Part shown: positions 35,687-47,972 of the stretch, piece after piece
How positions within the stretch are numbered: position 1 is the stretch's first letter
Layout: each line of letters begins with the position of its first letter
From: Neoconidiobolus thromboides FSU 785
Lineage: Eukaryota; Fungi; Entomophthoromycota
NCBI GenBank assembly: GCA_025603075.1
Contig: MU626259.1
Coordinates: 289,718 to 353,717, forward strand
DNA: 64,000 bases
Direction: 5' to 3'
Position numbers and translations under genes: made by a program
Notes under the pieces: generated by a model
Seen by the model: only the letters and a program-made list of their open reading frames with translations
What the model was told of the DNA's origin: nothing
The model's database searches: none

Positions 35687-37002
35687 TACGGGGTTGTCTG
35701 AATTAGTTTCATTATTTTATCTGATTTTTAAATATTTTATATTGAAACTTCGCTTAAAATTCTATAAAATCAAATCTTTTATTAAAACAAAAGTACCCGG
35801 ACACAGTTCTAAATCATTCTATTATAGTTTATACTGTAAGTTAGCTGAATTTCTACTAGATCTTAAATACATATTCTTGTAAAACTTTATTGAGAAGTAT
35901 TTATTATTGACTACTTTATAACCAACATTGCAGATTTGTTATCAAATAAATAAACTGTTTTAATGTTATAATTACATTGTTAATATATTGCTAAGTTAAT
36001 AAATAGCTGGATGGGAGACAGTGGTTAACCTTAAAACTATAATTAACCATCCCTATATAATACAAGTAATATAATAATAGCTTTTACATATTATTACAAT
36101 TACTTACTCTTTGACTATTTATTAACTTAGCTATCAATAACGTAAGTAATCTTAACATTTAATAATCCATTTCTATCATTTGACAAACTATTTACTTGCT
36201 TAGTAAATATCGAAATTTAAATTCTCTGTTATTTTCGTAAAGTAAGCTGGGATTGGTCTTTTAATTTTTCTATTTTCTATTTTCTATAGACTCTATAACT
36301 TTAATTGGAACTATATGAGGATGTATTTTTGTGTTTAAGAATTTTACTAACAAATTTTCCACTCAAATAGCGCTTAAAAAATGGAAAAATAATGAAACCA
36401 AAAAAAACAGCCCCATATCGTTTTTTTTGATGTATCAGATACTGGATAACAATGTAGTTTATTGTTATGTTTAATAAAGTGTAAATACTTCTTGATGCCC
36501 TACATCTCTATTATTCTTTTTGTATTTTTGTTTCTTCCGTACTTTTTAAAAATTATATCTGTTTTCTCATTATTAACAGTTGAGATACTAATTTTATTAT
36601 GTTCATAAGTAAAAGTCTCAAACTTTGAAATTAATTGATTCATATTTTCTATTTTACCTGATGCTTCAAAACTACTTTTTCATTTTGAAAGGTTTTCAAA
36701 ATGTCCATCAACTAACTATACTTTTTCCATGATGCTTAACAAAAAAATTAAATCAATATTTAGACTACTATTTATTTCATGAATTTCTTTAAATATATAA
36801 TGTAGGAACTCTTACATTCATCAAAAGAATATACTGAAGCTATAGCTGATAATAATGCTGCTTGTTGCTTTTTATTTCCTGTTTCCCTCAAAGCACTAAT
36901 TTTATACATTGGTTGATTAAATTTATTATATTAATAGTAAACTTTGATAATATATCTTTTCTTTGTTAGTAAAATTCTTAGACACAAGAATACAGCTCCA
37001 TA
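35687..37002 (+). mobile_element. Element C, full length (~1.2 kb plus a nested MITE); probable parent of MITE-104
   Basis: Begins TA-CGGGGTTGTCTGAATTAGTTTCATTATTTT (like the MITE short end) and ends TTTGTTAGTAAAATTCTTAGACACAAGAATACAGCTCCA-TA (like the MITE long end); interior homologous to 1990-3058; no intact transposase ORF. Confidence 0.72.
36314..36417 (+). mobile_element. MITE-104 copy nested in element C
   Basis: Near-consensus copy; element C homology to ~2400 resumes on both sides. Confidence 0.92.
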
Positions 37003-37652
37003 TGTTTTTTAGAAAATTATTTAAAAATTAAATTAAAAACTAACAAAATAATTGAAAATTATATTTTATTCTAATACTATTTTATTAATTACTTTAGAAT
37101 TTAAAACTTGAAACTTAAATAAAAAAATGAAATCAACTCAGGCATCCTTTAATATTTTATAATAATTAGCTTTGGCTTTTGAATTGTTCCACTTTGAATA
37201 TAGACTACTATATATACAGTATTTTCGAGCTATTGTGTTGATTTTAAGAAAAACATTTAAATAAATTTGTTTAAATTTATTTAATAATAATTACAAACAA
37301 AAGTAAATAAAAGTATAAAACATTATAACATAAATTCAAGTAATTATAATTGAACTTTTAAGAGATTTTTTTCTGAATTTTGTTTTAACTTATTATTGAA
37401 AATAGTTTAATTCTGTTTATTTAACGCTTTTTTTGAGATAATATGATAATATGATAACTTGAAAATATTGTAATAAAGTAGTGAGTTTTATATTACTATC
37501 ATAATCTCAAATTTTATTCTTTATCTAATCTTAATTCAAATGTTAGTCATCATTAGTTAGCATGATCTCAATAATTCATTGGCTATAACTCAAACCAATC
37601 TAAAAACTATATAAAAAAAGATAGAATACAAATAATCAATAATTGAAAAAAA

Positions 37653-39865
37653 ATGACAACCTTTGATTATTTAAAAGAAACATTGACTGCTCCAGTATAT
37701 GATGTAGCTATCGAAACACCTTTACATTATGGTGTTAATTTAACACAAAATATTCAATTGAATAATGAGCAAATTAAAAACATTCGAATTTATTATAAAA
37801 GAGAAGATTTACAACCAGTATTTTCATTTAAAATTCGAGGCGCTTATAATAAGATTAGAGCGTTGACAATGGAGCAAAAGAAAAACGGGATTGTGGCGGT
37901 GTCAGCTGGTAAGATTTATTAAACTATTAATAAAGTAGATGTTAAATTAAAATTAAAATTTTTACTTATTTAACAAAATTAATTAGGTAATCACGCTCAA
38001 GGAGTAGGTAAGTTAATTATTTTTCATTGAAGTTTAAGGATTTTAATCAAGTTTATTGTTATTAGCCCTAGCTTCCCAAAAACTCAATATCCCTGCCACT
38101 ATTGTTATGCCTTTAGCCACTCCAGCTATTAAATGGAAAAATGTCCAACGGTTGGGTGCCAATGTCATTTTAAAAGGGAATGATTTTGATGAAGCCAAAT
38201 TAGAAGGTCAACGTTTGGTTTTAGAACAAAATTTAACCAACATTCCACCGTATGATGATCCATATGTAATCGCTGGACAAGGTACTACTGGAGTGGAAAT
38301 ATTACGACAGATTCGTAATTTAACCCATTTAAAAGCTATCTTTTGTTGTATTGGTGGGGGCGGCTTAGCGGCAGGTATTGCTAATTATGTCAAAAGAATA
38401 TCACCTCATGTCAAGGTGTTTGGCGTGGAAACGGTGGATTCGTATGCGATGTATCATTCATTAAAATTGGGTAAACCAGACACATTACCTCAAGTAGGTC
38501 TTTTTGCCGATGGTGCTGCGGTGAGGCTAGTAGGTAATGAAACTTTTAAGTTGTGTTCAGAATATTTAGATGGGGTCATTCTGGTTTCAAATGATGATAT
38601 TTGTGCAGCTATTAAAGATATATTTGAAGGTGAAAAGAAAATTATTATTATTGATTGTTAAAGTTTTAACATAATTTTTATTAATTAGATACAAGATCTG
38701 TAGTTGAACCTGCAGGTGCTTTAGGCGTAGCAGGTTTAAAAAAATGGTTAAATATAACTAAGGGATTAGATAAAAATATTCAACAATTATTTAATAAGAA
38801 AGAAGGAGTTTTAGGAAATGAAATTAATAATGAAAATGGACCATTTTATGAATTTAAAGATAATGATTTAATACTATCAAAGAATTACTTAGAACAAATA
38901 GAAAATATTAACATAAAAATAAATAACGATAATAAAGAGAGTGATAATAATTATGACGACTATGTTGGTATATTATCAGGAGCTAATATGAATTTTGATC
39001 GATTAAGATTTGTAGCTGATAGAGCTGATATTGGTTTAGCTAAAGAAGCATTTATTTCTATTGTTGTACCAGAAACACCAGGAAGGTAATTATTATTATT
39101 ATTACTAAAAATAGCAATAACATAATAAGTGATTTCTTACATTTTAAATTAATTTAGTTTTATAAAATTACATAACGTTATATTGCCACGTAATGTTACA
39201 TCCTTTGCTTATAGATATAGTAATAATAAAGATGGATATATCTTTTTATCTTTTACCTTATTAAACCCAACGAAAAGAAAAGAGGAACTAGAAGAACTAT
39301 TCAATACATTACAAAATGATTTTGGATTTTCACATCCTATGGATCTATCTAATAATGAATTAGCTAAATCTCATGCAAGATTTTTAGTTGGGGGGAGATG
39401 TAATGTAAGTTTTTGATATTTATTAATTATAATAATTGAAGATTTATGTTTATATTTAATTTGATTTAATTTAATATTAGGTACCTAATGAAAGATTATT
39501 TCGATTTGGTAAAATTTAATTTTATATTTGATTTTAAATAATAGTTGTAATAATAAATCCTTATTTTTATATATTAGAATTCCCTGAACGCCCAGATGCA
39601 TTAGCTAAGTTTTTGATTGGTTTAAAATTTTCATGGAATGTATCTTTGTTTCATTATCGTAATTATGGTGGAGGTAAAATAATTAATATTGTAAAATTAT
39701 ATTAATATAAATTTATAATTTATAATTTTAGATACTGGTAAAGTATTAGTTGGTATTCAAATACCTTTTAGTGATTATGAACTTTGGAATGAATTTTTAT
39801 TAAATTTAAATTATCCTTGGGTAGAAGAAACTGAAAATCCAGTTTATAATATTTTTTTAAAATAA
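37653..39865 (+). CDS. ILV1: Biosynthetic threonine dehydratase (deaminase) with C-terminal regulatory domains; about 8 exons
   Basis: [18 protein letters not shown] (PLP lysine), [68 protein letters not shown]; stop TAA at 39863-39865. Confidence 0.95.
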
Positions 39866-40204
39866 ATTATTGTTAGATAGTTAATAACAATATTAACTTA
39901 TTTTTTTATTTAAATAATAGTCTATATTAATTACTCGTGTTACTAAATATAACTTACTATATGAAATTTATAGTTATACTGATTAGATTTTATGATTTTA
40001 TTTATATCAATCTATATTAATTACTCATATTACTTAAAATAGTTTATAATTTATTATCATTAATGAATGAATCGGATACTTTATTCCATTAGAATTTTTG
40101 TTAAAGAATTATATCATACGTCATCTTTAATTCTCGAAGAATAGAGTAAAACAAAAAAATAAAACAAAAATTTTTAAAACCTTTTTAAAGATAAATTCAC
40201 ACTA

Positions 40205-41149
40205 ATGTTAATAACTAAAGTAATAAAACGGAAACTAAAACTACAAAGTTATAATATATTAGCTAAAAGCTATTATTCCATCAAATCCCAACCGATTCAA
40301 AGTATAAATTTATTAAAAGATATACGTGAACAGTTTCGTTCATATGGACAAGAAGGTTCATCAAAAATAGAATTAGATATTGATAGCAACCCTTCAATTA
40401 TTACAATTACATTAAACAATCCCAAGAGTTACAATGCATTTACAGGTAAAATGATGGCTGAATTGGCGGATGTTGTGGATACTATAGAGACAATGACTAA
40501 TTCTGAAGATACCAGTTATGTGGGTTTAATTTTATGTGGTAAAGGCAGTAATTTTTGTTCTGGTTTGGATTTAGGTATTGCTAAGGAGGAACTCACCACC
40601 TCTTCTTCTGGGAATAAATTAAGTTTATTAATGCAAAATACATTGGAAAGATTAAATCAATTACCATTAATAAGTGTAGCTGCTATCAATGGTTATGCAT
40701 TAGGTGGTGGAGCAGAAACTAGTACATGTACAGATTTTAGAGTAGGAAGCCAAGATAGCAACGTAAGTTTTGTTCATAGAAAGATTGCAACGGTTCCTGG
40801 ATGGGGTGGTGGTAAAAGATTAATGGACTTGATGGGAAATAAAAAAGCATTATATTATATTGCTTCAGCAAAATCGATATCTCATGAAGATCAACAATTT
40901 TTTGATAAGATTGTAGAGAAGGGAAAAGCAGTTGAGGGTGCAATAAGGTTTCTTAACAAATTTATTTATGATCCAAATGGTAGTTTAATAAGATCTCAAA
41001 ATGTTCGAAATATTAAAAAATTAATGAATAATTTGAAGGGAACTAGTAATGAAAGTGAACGATTAAAAATTGAAACGATGCATTTTAATGAAGCTTGGGG
41101 ATCAGAAGCGAATTTATTAGCTGTTCAAAAAGCTAATAAAAAGAAATAA
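40205..41149 (+). CDS. ECHDC1: Crotonase-fold enzyme, ethylmalonyl-CoA decarboxylase (ECHDC1)-like
   Basis: NAFTGKMM, FCSGLDL, AAINGYALGGGAETSTCTDFR; FVHRKIATVPGWGGGKRL resembles ECHDC1 FVHKEMGIIPSWGG. Confidence 0.78.
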   Translation: MLITKVIKRKLKLQSYNILAKSYYSIKSQPIQSINLLKDIREQFRSYGQEGSSKIELDIDSNPSIITITLNNPKSYNAFTGKMMAELADVVDTIETMTNSEDTSYVGLILCGKGSNFCSGLDLGIAKEELTTSSSGNKLSLLMQNTLERLNQLPLISVAAINGYALGGGAETSTCTDFRVGSQDSNVSFVHRKIATVPGWGGGKRLMDLMGNKKALYYIASAKSISHEDQQFFDKIVEKGKAVEGAIRFLNKFIYDPNGSLIRSQNVRNIKKLMNNLKGTSNESERLKIETMHFNEAWGSEANLLAVQKANKKK

Positions 41150-42677
41150 AATATAAAATAAATGCTAATAGAAATTCTATATAGTTGTTCTTTTTTAAAA
41201 ATTTCCAACTGATTTTTACTTTGCTTTGTTTTTATTTAAAGTTTTTAAAGGGGTTGTAAACTCTTAAATACTTTATTAACTCTTTCACTTATTTGCACAG
41301 TTTCTATCGATTTACATATTAAATTATGCAATTTTTTAGAAATTAGACTAAAGAATTTAGCATGCACAGTTAGGAGTAGTCATCTAAAAATAAAATTGAT
41401 TCAATGCTATTACAAAAATTTTAAAAAATTAAGCCAATCAAGTAATTGATTGACTTTATAAGTAACTATGAATTGATTTATAGTAGAAGGGGTTAATATA
41501 TGAAAATGAAAGTGATTTATTAATAAGTATTTTAAACTATCATTTGGGTTGCATATGTAATATTTAGTTAATGTATCAATTTTTGTTTATATTATCTTAA
41601 ACAAAAGAGTATAATATATTAATACTCAAATATTGATTTTGTACATTTTTTAAATTTTTTCGAAGACGATTCTATTTATATAAATATCATTCATTATAAA
41701 CTGAACATTAATTAGTTGTTTAATTTAAGCTTCAAAAACCGGCTCAAATAGATTACCTAAATTTCTTTTGCATTAATAGGACATATGGAATGTTATTGTA
41801 AAGATGACTGTAGTAAATATACCAGAAATTAATTCATATATATTTAAGATATTGATAAGTACAGTATAAAAAACTAGAATCAAATTGATTCCTATTTGAC
41901 CTAGTTATAATCATTTGAAAATCAGCCCATTTGGGCTGATTTTCAAGAAATAGTATTTTAAATAAAACATAAAAAACATGAATGGTAACTATAAATTTCA
42001 ATTTTGTATTTTATTTTAACAAATTAATAGTCGTTTGATAATCAAAACTTCTATCACAATTTTTTTTATCATGTAACAAAAATAAAAGTATATTAATATT
42101 CACCAAATAAATTAAACTAATAATTGTTTACTTATTCGATTCTATTAATAATCCCCTATGTTTTATCCCCTTTTTTATATCAAAATTAGCAACTAATTTA
42201 TCTAAATATTTTTATAATTAACATTATTAAAACATCTAACCAAAAATAGATAATTTATAAACAATCCAATTCTTGTTTTTTGTTATTATTTCATTTAGCT
42301 ATCGATTTCCTATATTTGATTTTTTCATAGCTCTAGGACAGACAAATGTTGAATATGAAAACGTTTTTATAGTTTATAAAATTAACGTGCAATTTTACTT
42401 TATTTATGTTGAAATTCAAGCTTAGATATCATAGTTGTGGAAACAGTATTATTTTTAAAATAGGAATAAAGGAGCACTTTCTTTCCTTTGTTTTATAATT
42501 TTATAGTTATTGTTATCATTATAAATATATTGAATAACAAATAAAAACAAGAATAAAATTTACTCAAAAAACAACAAGTAAAAACAGTAATAAGATTTTA
42601 TTAAAAACTTTCAATTTTTATAAGAATACATTCAAGAGAAAAAAAGGTTAATAGCAAGTAACAAAGATAATAAAGAA

Positions 42678-43244
42678 TTATAAGATTTGAGTAGTAGACC
42701 TTAAACTCGAATTACTAGACCTACGAAAGAATAAAGATAACTTTTGAAATTGTCTGTGAATTAAATTTTTTTTGGATTTACTATTGTTTTCATTGACTCC
42801 ATATGTTACCGATTGCTGTAAATTATCGTTATCTTTTTCTCTCGATAGTTTTAAGATACTTGCATCAATCAAACCATCTGAATTTTTTCTAAAATGATTA
42901 GATACGCTATTAAATGTAATTGAAGTAGAAACGGAGCCCACTTGAGTTGAAGCATCATCTTCTGGTTGATGTTCCAGCCATTCTTCAGCAAATTCATCTA
43001 ATCGGATATCAAAAAATGGTTCATTTGAATTCTGTTTATTTTCCAATTGAAAGGATTCAGCTGCTACTAAAGACATGACTAAATATTTTTGTAATCGAAA
43101 TTGTCGTTGTTCTGCAGTAAACGTATTATATTTTTTATATTCTTCATAATTTTCAACAGTCCATAAACTAACTGAATTATTCTTTTCTAAATCCGACATT
43201 GCGGCTGTACCACTAACTAAAGGAAAGGAAGGGGAATAAAACAT
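42678..43244 (-). CDS. Hypothetical protein (188 aa)
   Basis: Intact ORF with elevated GC and coding-like composition; no recognisable domain. Confidence 0.6.
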   Translation of the reverse strand: MFYSPSFPLVSGTAAMSDLEKNNSVSLWTVENYEEYKKYNTFTAEQRQFRLQKYLVMSLVAAESFQLENKQNSNEPFFDIRLDEFAEEWLEHQPEDDASTQVGSVSTSITFNSVSNHFRKNSDGLIDASILKLSREKDNDNLQQSVTYGVNENNSKSKKNLIHRQFQKLSLFFRRSSNSSLRSTTQIL

Positions 43245-43826
43245 TTTTATTTTTTCTAAAGATTAATTTTATTCAATTTCATTTAGCTTTGTTTATATAT
43301 TTTTTATTTAACAGTTAATACAAATATAGTAATTTTTAGTTAAATCATAATAATAGAAGATTTGACTCAATCCACGAGTTTTATGGGGTATTTTTTTACC
43401 AATCTTCTTGAAGATTTAGTATTAAAAATTTGGGTAGATAAAAAATTAAACATAAAAAGTTACCAATAGGAGATAATTTAGTGGATTTAATTTTACTCCT
43501 ATTGGTAATCAAAATTCCTTTCTAACCACTTTTTTTAAACCTTAAACTACTTTAGATAATGGCTTGAATACCTTATATTTCAGGGTAAAATTAAGAGGGT
43601 TCAAGATTGAATTATAAAATATAAGTTCTTGTTTTTGGTAAATTGCATAAAACAAAGCAACATAAAGAGACGAATGGATTACATCTCATTTTAAGACTAG
43701 ATATTTATTAATTGGTTAATTTAAAAGAGGTTCAAGGAGATAATATGGATGCTATGCTTATCCTTATACTCTATGCAGTCAATTTATTGTATTTTTTAGT
43801 TATTGCAATTCTTTTGTGATTTTACT

Positions 43827-43960
43827 AAATGCTCATTTAAGAGAGAAATTATACTAGAATCTAGCTGAAATAGATAGATTAGAATTTAAATAGAGGTTTT
43901 ATAAATAATTGACTTCTAAAAATTACCACTAAAACTATCTCAAAAAAGTTGCAACAGCTA
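43827..43960 (+). repeat. Dispersed repeat E (second copy at ~55272-55400)
   Basis: Shared tgctcatttaagagagaaa and taaaaattaccacta blocks in the same order. Confidence 0.55.
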
Positions 43961-44304
43961 TATAGAACATTAACTAAAGTTTGAAATCTTTTTTTAAAAA
44001 CTAGCATTATAAATTTCTATTTTAATTTAAGTGCTAGCTTTTTCAAGACATATTAGCATTTATTTGGTTAACTTGAAAGATCGAATCTTGGGTGTTAGAA
44101 AAGAACTTAATTAAATATGTTTTAAATAAAACCTTTTCATTTAATATGTATCATATCTTTTAAGTCCTATTAAATTATCTATAAAATAGTTAATATTCTT
44201 ACCTTTTATTAATTTACTATTATTAGTATTTTATGTATAGCAAAATTCATGTTTTTACACTATTTAATGATGTGTTAACCTATAAATATCTTTAATTTAT
44301 GATA

Positions 44305-44708
44305 TAATTATGGAATTTGTTTAATGCGTTATATGGGGATGTGGTTTTAATATTTGAATTGCGAAATAAATAATGTGTCATCGGATAATGCCTTAAAACA
44401 TCTTATCCTCCCTTTTCAATCATCTTCTATGTAGATAAAATTCTATAAATTGAGATATAAAGCTATTGAATACAATCTCATTAGCCTTAAGAAGGTAAAA
44501 TTAAATTAGATAGTTTACCTCAGACTTAGTTTTAATTTACTATATTTGACTCTCCGCTTACAATCCCTCTATCGAGTTCATCTTGCCTTTAATATGTATA
44601 AAGACCTTTTGTTCTTTCAAGGTATATGCAAAATAATTAAAAAACTCTATTTTTAAATTCATTAAAATTTTATTCCCCATATTACGCATCAAACAATTTT
44701 AATGATTA
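44305..44708. mobile_element. ~400-bp element D with ~35-bp inverted ends; a diverged tandem copy lies at ~44760-45175
   Basis: taattatggaatttgtttaatgcgttatatgggga versus the reverse complement of ttccccatattacgcatcaaacaattttaatgatta; internal aagaaggtaaaa...agttttaattt block recurs at 44929. Confidence 0.6.
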
Positions 44709-45754
44709 TTTCATTATCTAAGTTTATAAACATATATTTTAACAACTATTTTAATTAAGTTCAATCGATGTTATTAATAAAATTATTCATTGTTAGTGAA
44801 ATAAATGGAAGTCTACCTTTTAATGATTTTATTTTATCTTATCTTCCCTTCTTTAACTGTATTTTTTACTTGGATTAGCTTATATATATCGTAATAAAAT
44901 ATTATAGGGTTAAATCTTGTTGGGTCTAAAGAAGGTAAAATAGACTAAGCTATTTATCTTGGAGTTAGTTTTAATTTGCTAATTTTAATCTTCCTCTTTC
45001 AATCTCTCCGTCACTAAATTTACTATTGTAAATAAATCAAGGGGCTTATTCCAAATAGATAAAGAAATAAAAACCTCTTCATTAAAAGGCATATAATTTA
45101 ATACAGTTTAAAAATTTTATTTATAATATTATTAGAATCTCATTTCCCCATATTATACATTGAGCAATTTAATGGCTATATTGTAAAAACATTTATTTTA
45201 AGACTTAATTGAAAATTATTAGAGACAGCTTAATATTTTAATAAAAGTAAAATTTATTTTTAAATCAAGAGATAATCTGAATAAAATTCTATCTTTCTTG
45301 TCTACTGCTCCCTTAACCATTGTCTTTACATGAGCTTAATCATGTAATTCAAAATAAAAATGCTAATAAATATCATTTCTCCGAAACCTAAAATAAGACT
45401 GGATTGGAGTATTGACTTCTGAGTTGGTTTTAGTTCCTTGGTTTTAACTTATTTTTCCAATTTTTTTATCTTTTTAAGATTACTACTATATCACAGGGTA
45501 AGTTCCAGATTTTAAAAAAATACTCTTGTGAATAAAACACTCAAGGATCTTTGTTCTTTAAGATTATAAAATATATATGTTCTTCTTGTCCCACCTCATT
45601 TTTGGTTTACTCTCCATTCTGTACTCTTAACTCGGATTAACTTATCTCAGCTATCTTTATACAGTATTCCAATTTATTTTTGTTTTAAAATATTTCTAAA
45701 ATTATTTATTTTTAAATATTAAATCTATTGTTTTGTTAATATAAAAAATAATAG

Positions 45755-45856
45755 TAGGGATGTATTTTTGTGTTTAAGAATTTTGCTGATAACTTTTCTA
45801 CTCAAACAGCGCTTAAAAGATGGAAAAAGTAATGAGGCCAAAAAAACTCCCCCAGT
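45755..45856 (+). mobile_element. MITE-104 copy (variant flanks AGTA/AGTG)
   Basis: Full-length match. Confidence 0.88.
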
Positions 45857-45927
45857 GTTAATTATTTTATAAAATTATAATAATTAATTTTTCAACTATA
45901 AATATTAAAAATAAATAAGAAAATATA

Positions 45928-46031
45928 TATGGGGATATTTTTTTTGGTTTCACCACTTTTCCATTTTTTAAGCGCTGTTTGAGTGGAAATATTGTTAGTA
46001 AAATTCTTGAACAAAAAAATACATCCCCATA
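45928..46031 (-). mobile_element. MITE-104 copy
   Basis: Full-length match. Confidence 0.9.
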
Positions 46032-46185
46032 TTATTAAATGTTTGAATTTATCATACATTTTTACCATTTGATATTGATATTAGTTTTTTTGTAATTTTT
46101 TTAAAGTTGCGTACTTAAAGCATTGTTCATGTTAATAAACAAACAGTAATGAGTTAAAGAAATAGTAAGCTGGAATTACAGTATA

Positions 46186-46283
46186 TACGGGGATTTTTTT
46201 GGTTTCATCACTTTTTCCATTAAGTGCTATTTGGGTGGAAAAATCGTCAATAAAATTCTTAAACACAAAAATACATTACTGTA
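46186..46283 (-). mobile_element. MITE-104 copy with TACGGG...CTGTA ends
   Basis: Diverged match with a small internal deletion. Confidence 0.85.
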
Positions 46284-46995
46284 TAGTGGTAAGGCCTAGA
46301 TCCATTCTCCAGAAGCTTATTAGCTATAGTATGTTGTTTTTAGTCTGGAATAGAGAAGTAAGAATTCCTTGACTAGGAGAGGTTGCTATTTAGAGACACT
46401 CACTTAAGTTGGAAATGGGTTTGGTTGAGATATAAATATTAATTTATAATACTGAAAGTAAATTGTTCAAACATTTTAAGATGTAATCGATGGGAGACAT
46501 GAAGCGGATACTTTAATAATAAGTAAAGGATAAAGAAGTTTTTGATCTATTTAAAGGAAACAATGTTAACGTTACTTCCTGAAATATGAAATCCCTTGAC
46601 CCATATAGACTGGAGATAAAGACACAAAGAAAAGTGACATGATACTAAATTAAGAGAAATATGCCATAAAAGATAGTAAGAATAAGTTTCCTTGCTGCAG
46701 GTTTCAACTTGCAGCATAGAGAATTAAACGCTTTGCCCAGCCTTTTGTAAAGCAATCCCAAGTTTAGTATATAGGATGCAGAACTACGCTGATTCAGGAC
46801 CCAAGGATTAATACTTGCATCTGGCAGCCTTAGTACATGGTAAAGACACTTGTTTATACAGTAAACAAAGTTAGCTAATTTGTAGCAAATCAATACCAAT
46901 AACTACGATTTTGCCATTTTAAAAGAAAACTTTTAGATCTAAAACCTTAGAGACGAAGAAACATTACTCAATACGAACATAGAAGTTACTTTATT

Positions 46996-47972
46996 TTAAT
47001 TGAAACATTTAAAAAATGATTTCTGAATTGGTTGATGGATTGATAAAATAAAACACGAGGAAGTAAACCCTAAGCATAATATAAGACAGTTGGAATAAAA
47101 AGTATGATATATAACGATATTCTTTTGAGTTAAACTCAATAAGACTATTATTAAGTCTGGCACTAAATATAATGTATAGCTAATCATTATGAAGCTTATT
47201 TTTAAGACTAATTTGATTTTTTTCAATCTTAATTAAGTAACTGTTAGTAATTGAGATTCATTTGAGTTTAGTTGAAATGTAGTTCCTTGATTTCGTTGTA
47301 CTATTATTGGCCTGTTTGTTCCCCTAATATTTATTAAATTACATAGTCTACTGTTATTATCATTGTTGCCAATAAACTGATAGTTAATTGAGGAGAAATT
47401 TGGATTTACAGCAGCAGCATTAAGAACAATAGAGGGGTCCATTATTTTGAAATAAATAAAAGTGATATTTAGATAGCAAAAACAAATAACAGGTGGGCAG
47501 AGTATTATTCCAAATGCCACGATTGTGTAGTAAAAAATAAGATAAAGCTTATTTTTCTTCTCAATACCAAAATTGAGTACACAATAAAGATCTAATTCAT
47601 GCCATGTATATGAATTATAATAAGCATTCAAGCTAGAAAGCGTCAATGATAATATAACAAATAATGATATTAATAGGTAATATCGCATCAGTACCACTCT
47701 TTCACACAAACAAATTTTGATGTAGCTTACAATACTCAATAAAACAGCTAACTCAATGAAAGTAGAAGCAGAAGTAACTGTCAAGCTAAGATTTAAGGCG
47801 CAATACCAAGTTGGATTAGATAGTAGTAATTCATTATCAATTATAGCTATGTCCTACTTAGTGAATGTTATATGTAAGATGACTGTTAGATAGTAAATAA
47901 TATCATTAGCAATATATTTATTGATAATGATATCATTGATATAGTTAGATAGATGATACATTCAATACTCAT
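46996..47972 (-). pseudogene. Pseudogenised tandem paralog of the 7TM gene at 48979-50034
   Basis: ATG at 47972 (MSIECIIYLTISMISLSINILL), then a frameshifting deletion of about 23 codons, an in-frame TAG near 47855 and TAA at 47233-47235; remainder colinear (NPTWYC, IVIYHTFYSNCLI, HQPIQKSF). Confidence 0.88.

Noticed and set aside
35694-35882. 62-aa ORF in element C as a transposase N-terminus
   Set aside because: Non-ATG start, not conserved in the other element C copies, no HTH or DDE motif.
40737-40943. 68-aa antisense ORF
   Set aside because: Shadow of the ECHDC1-like CDS.
43460-43508. 13-bp inverted repeat ttaccaataggag/ctcctattggtaa
   Set aside because: Short, single, with no context indicating function.
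46645-46899. 84-aa minus-strand ORF
   Set aside because: Likely the antisense of a decayed + strand relic; no recognisable features.
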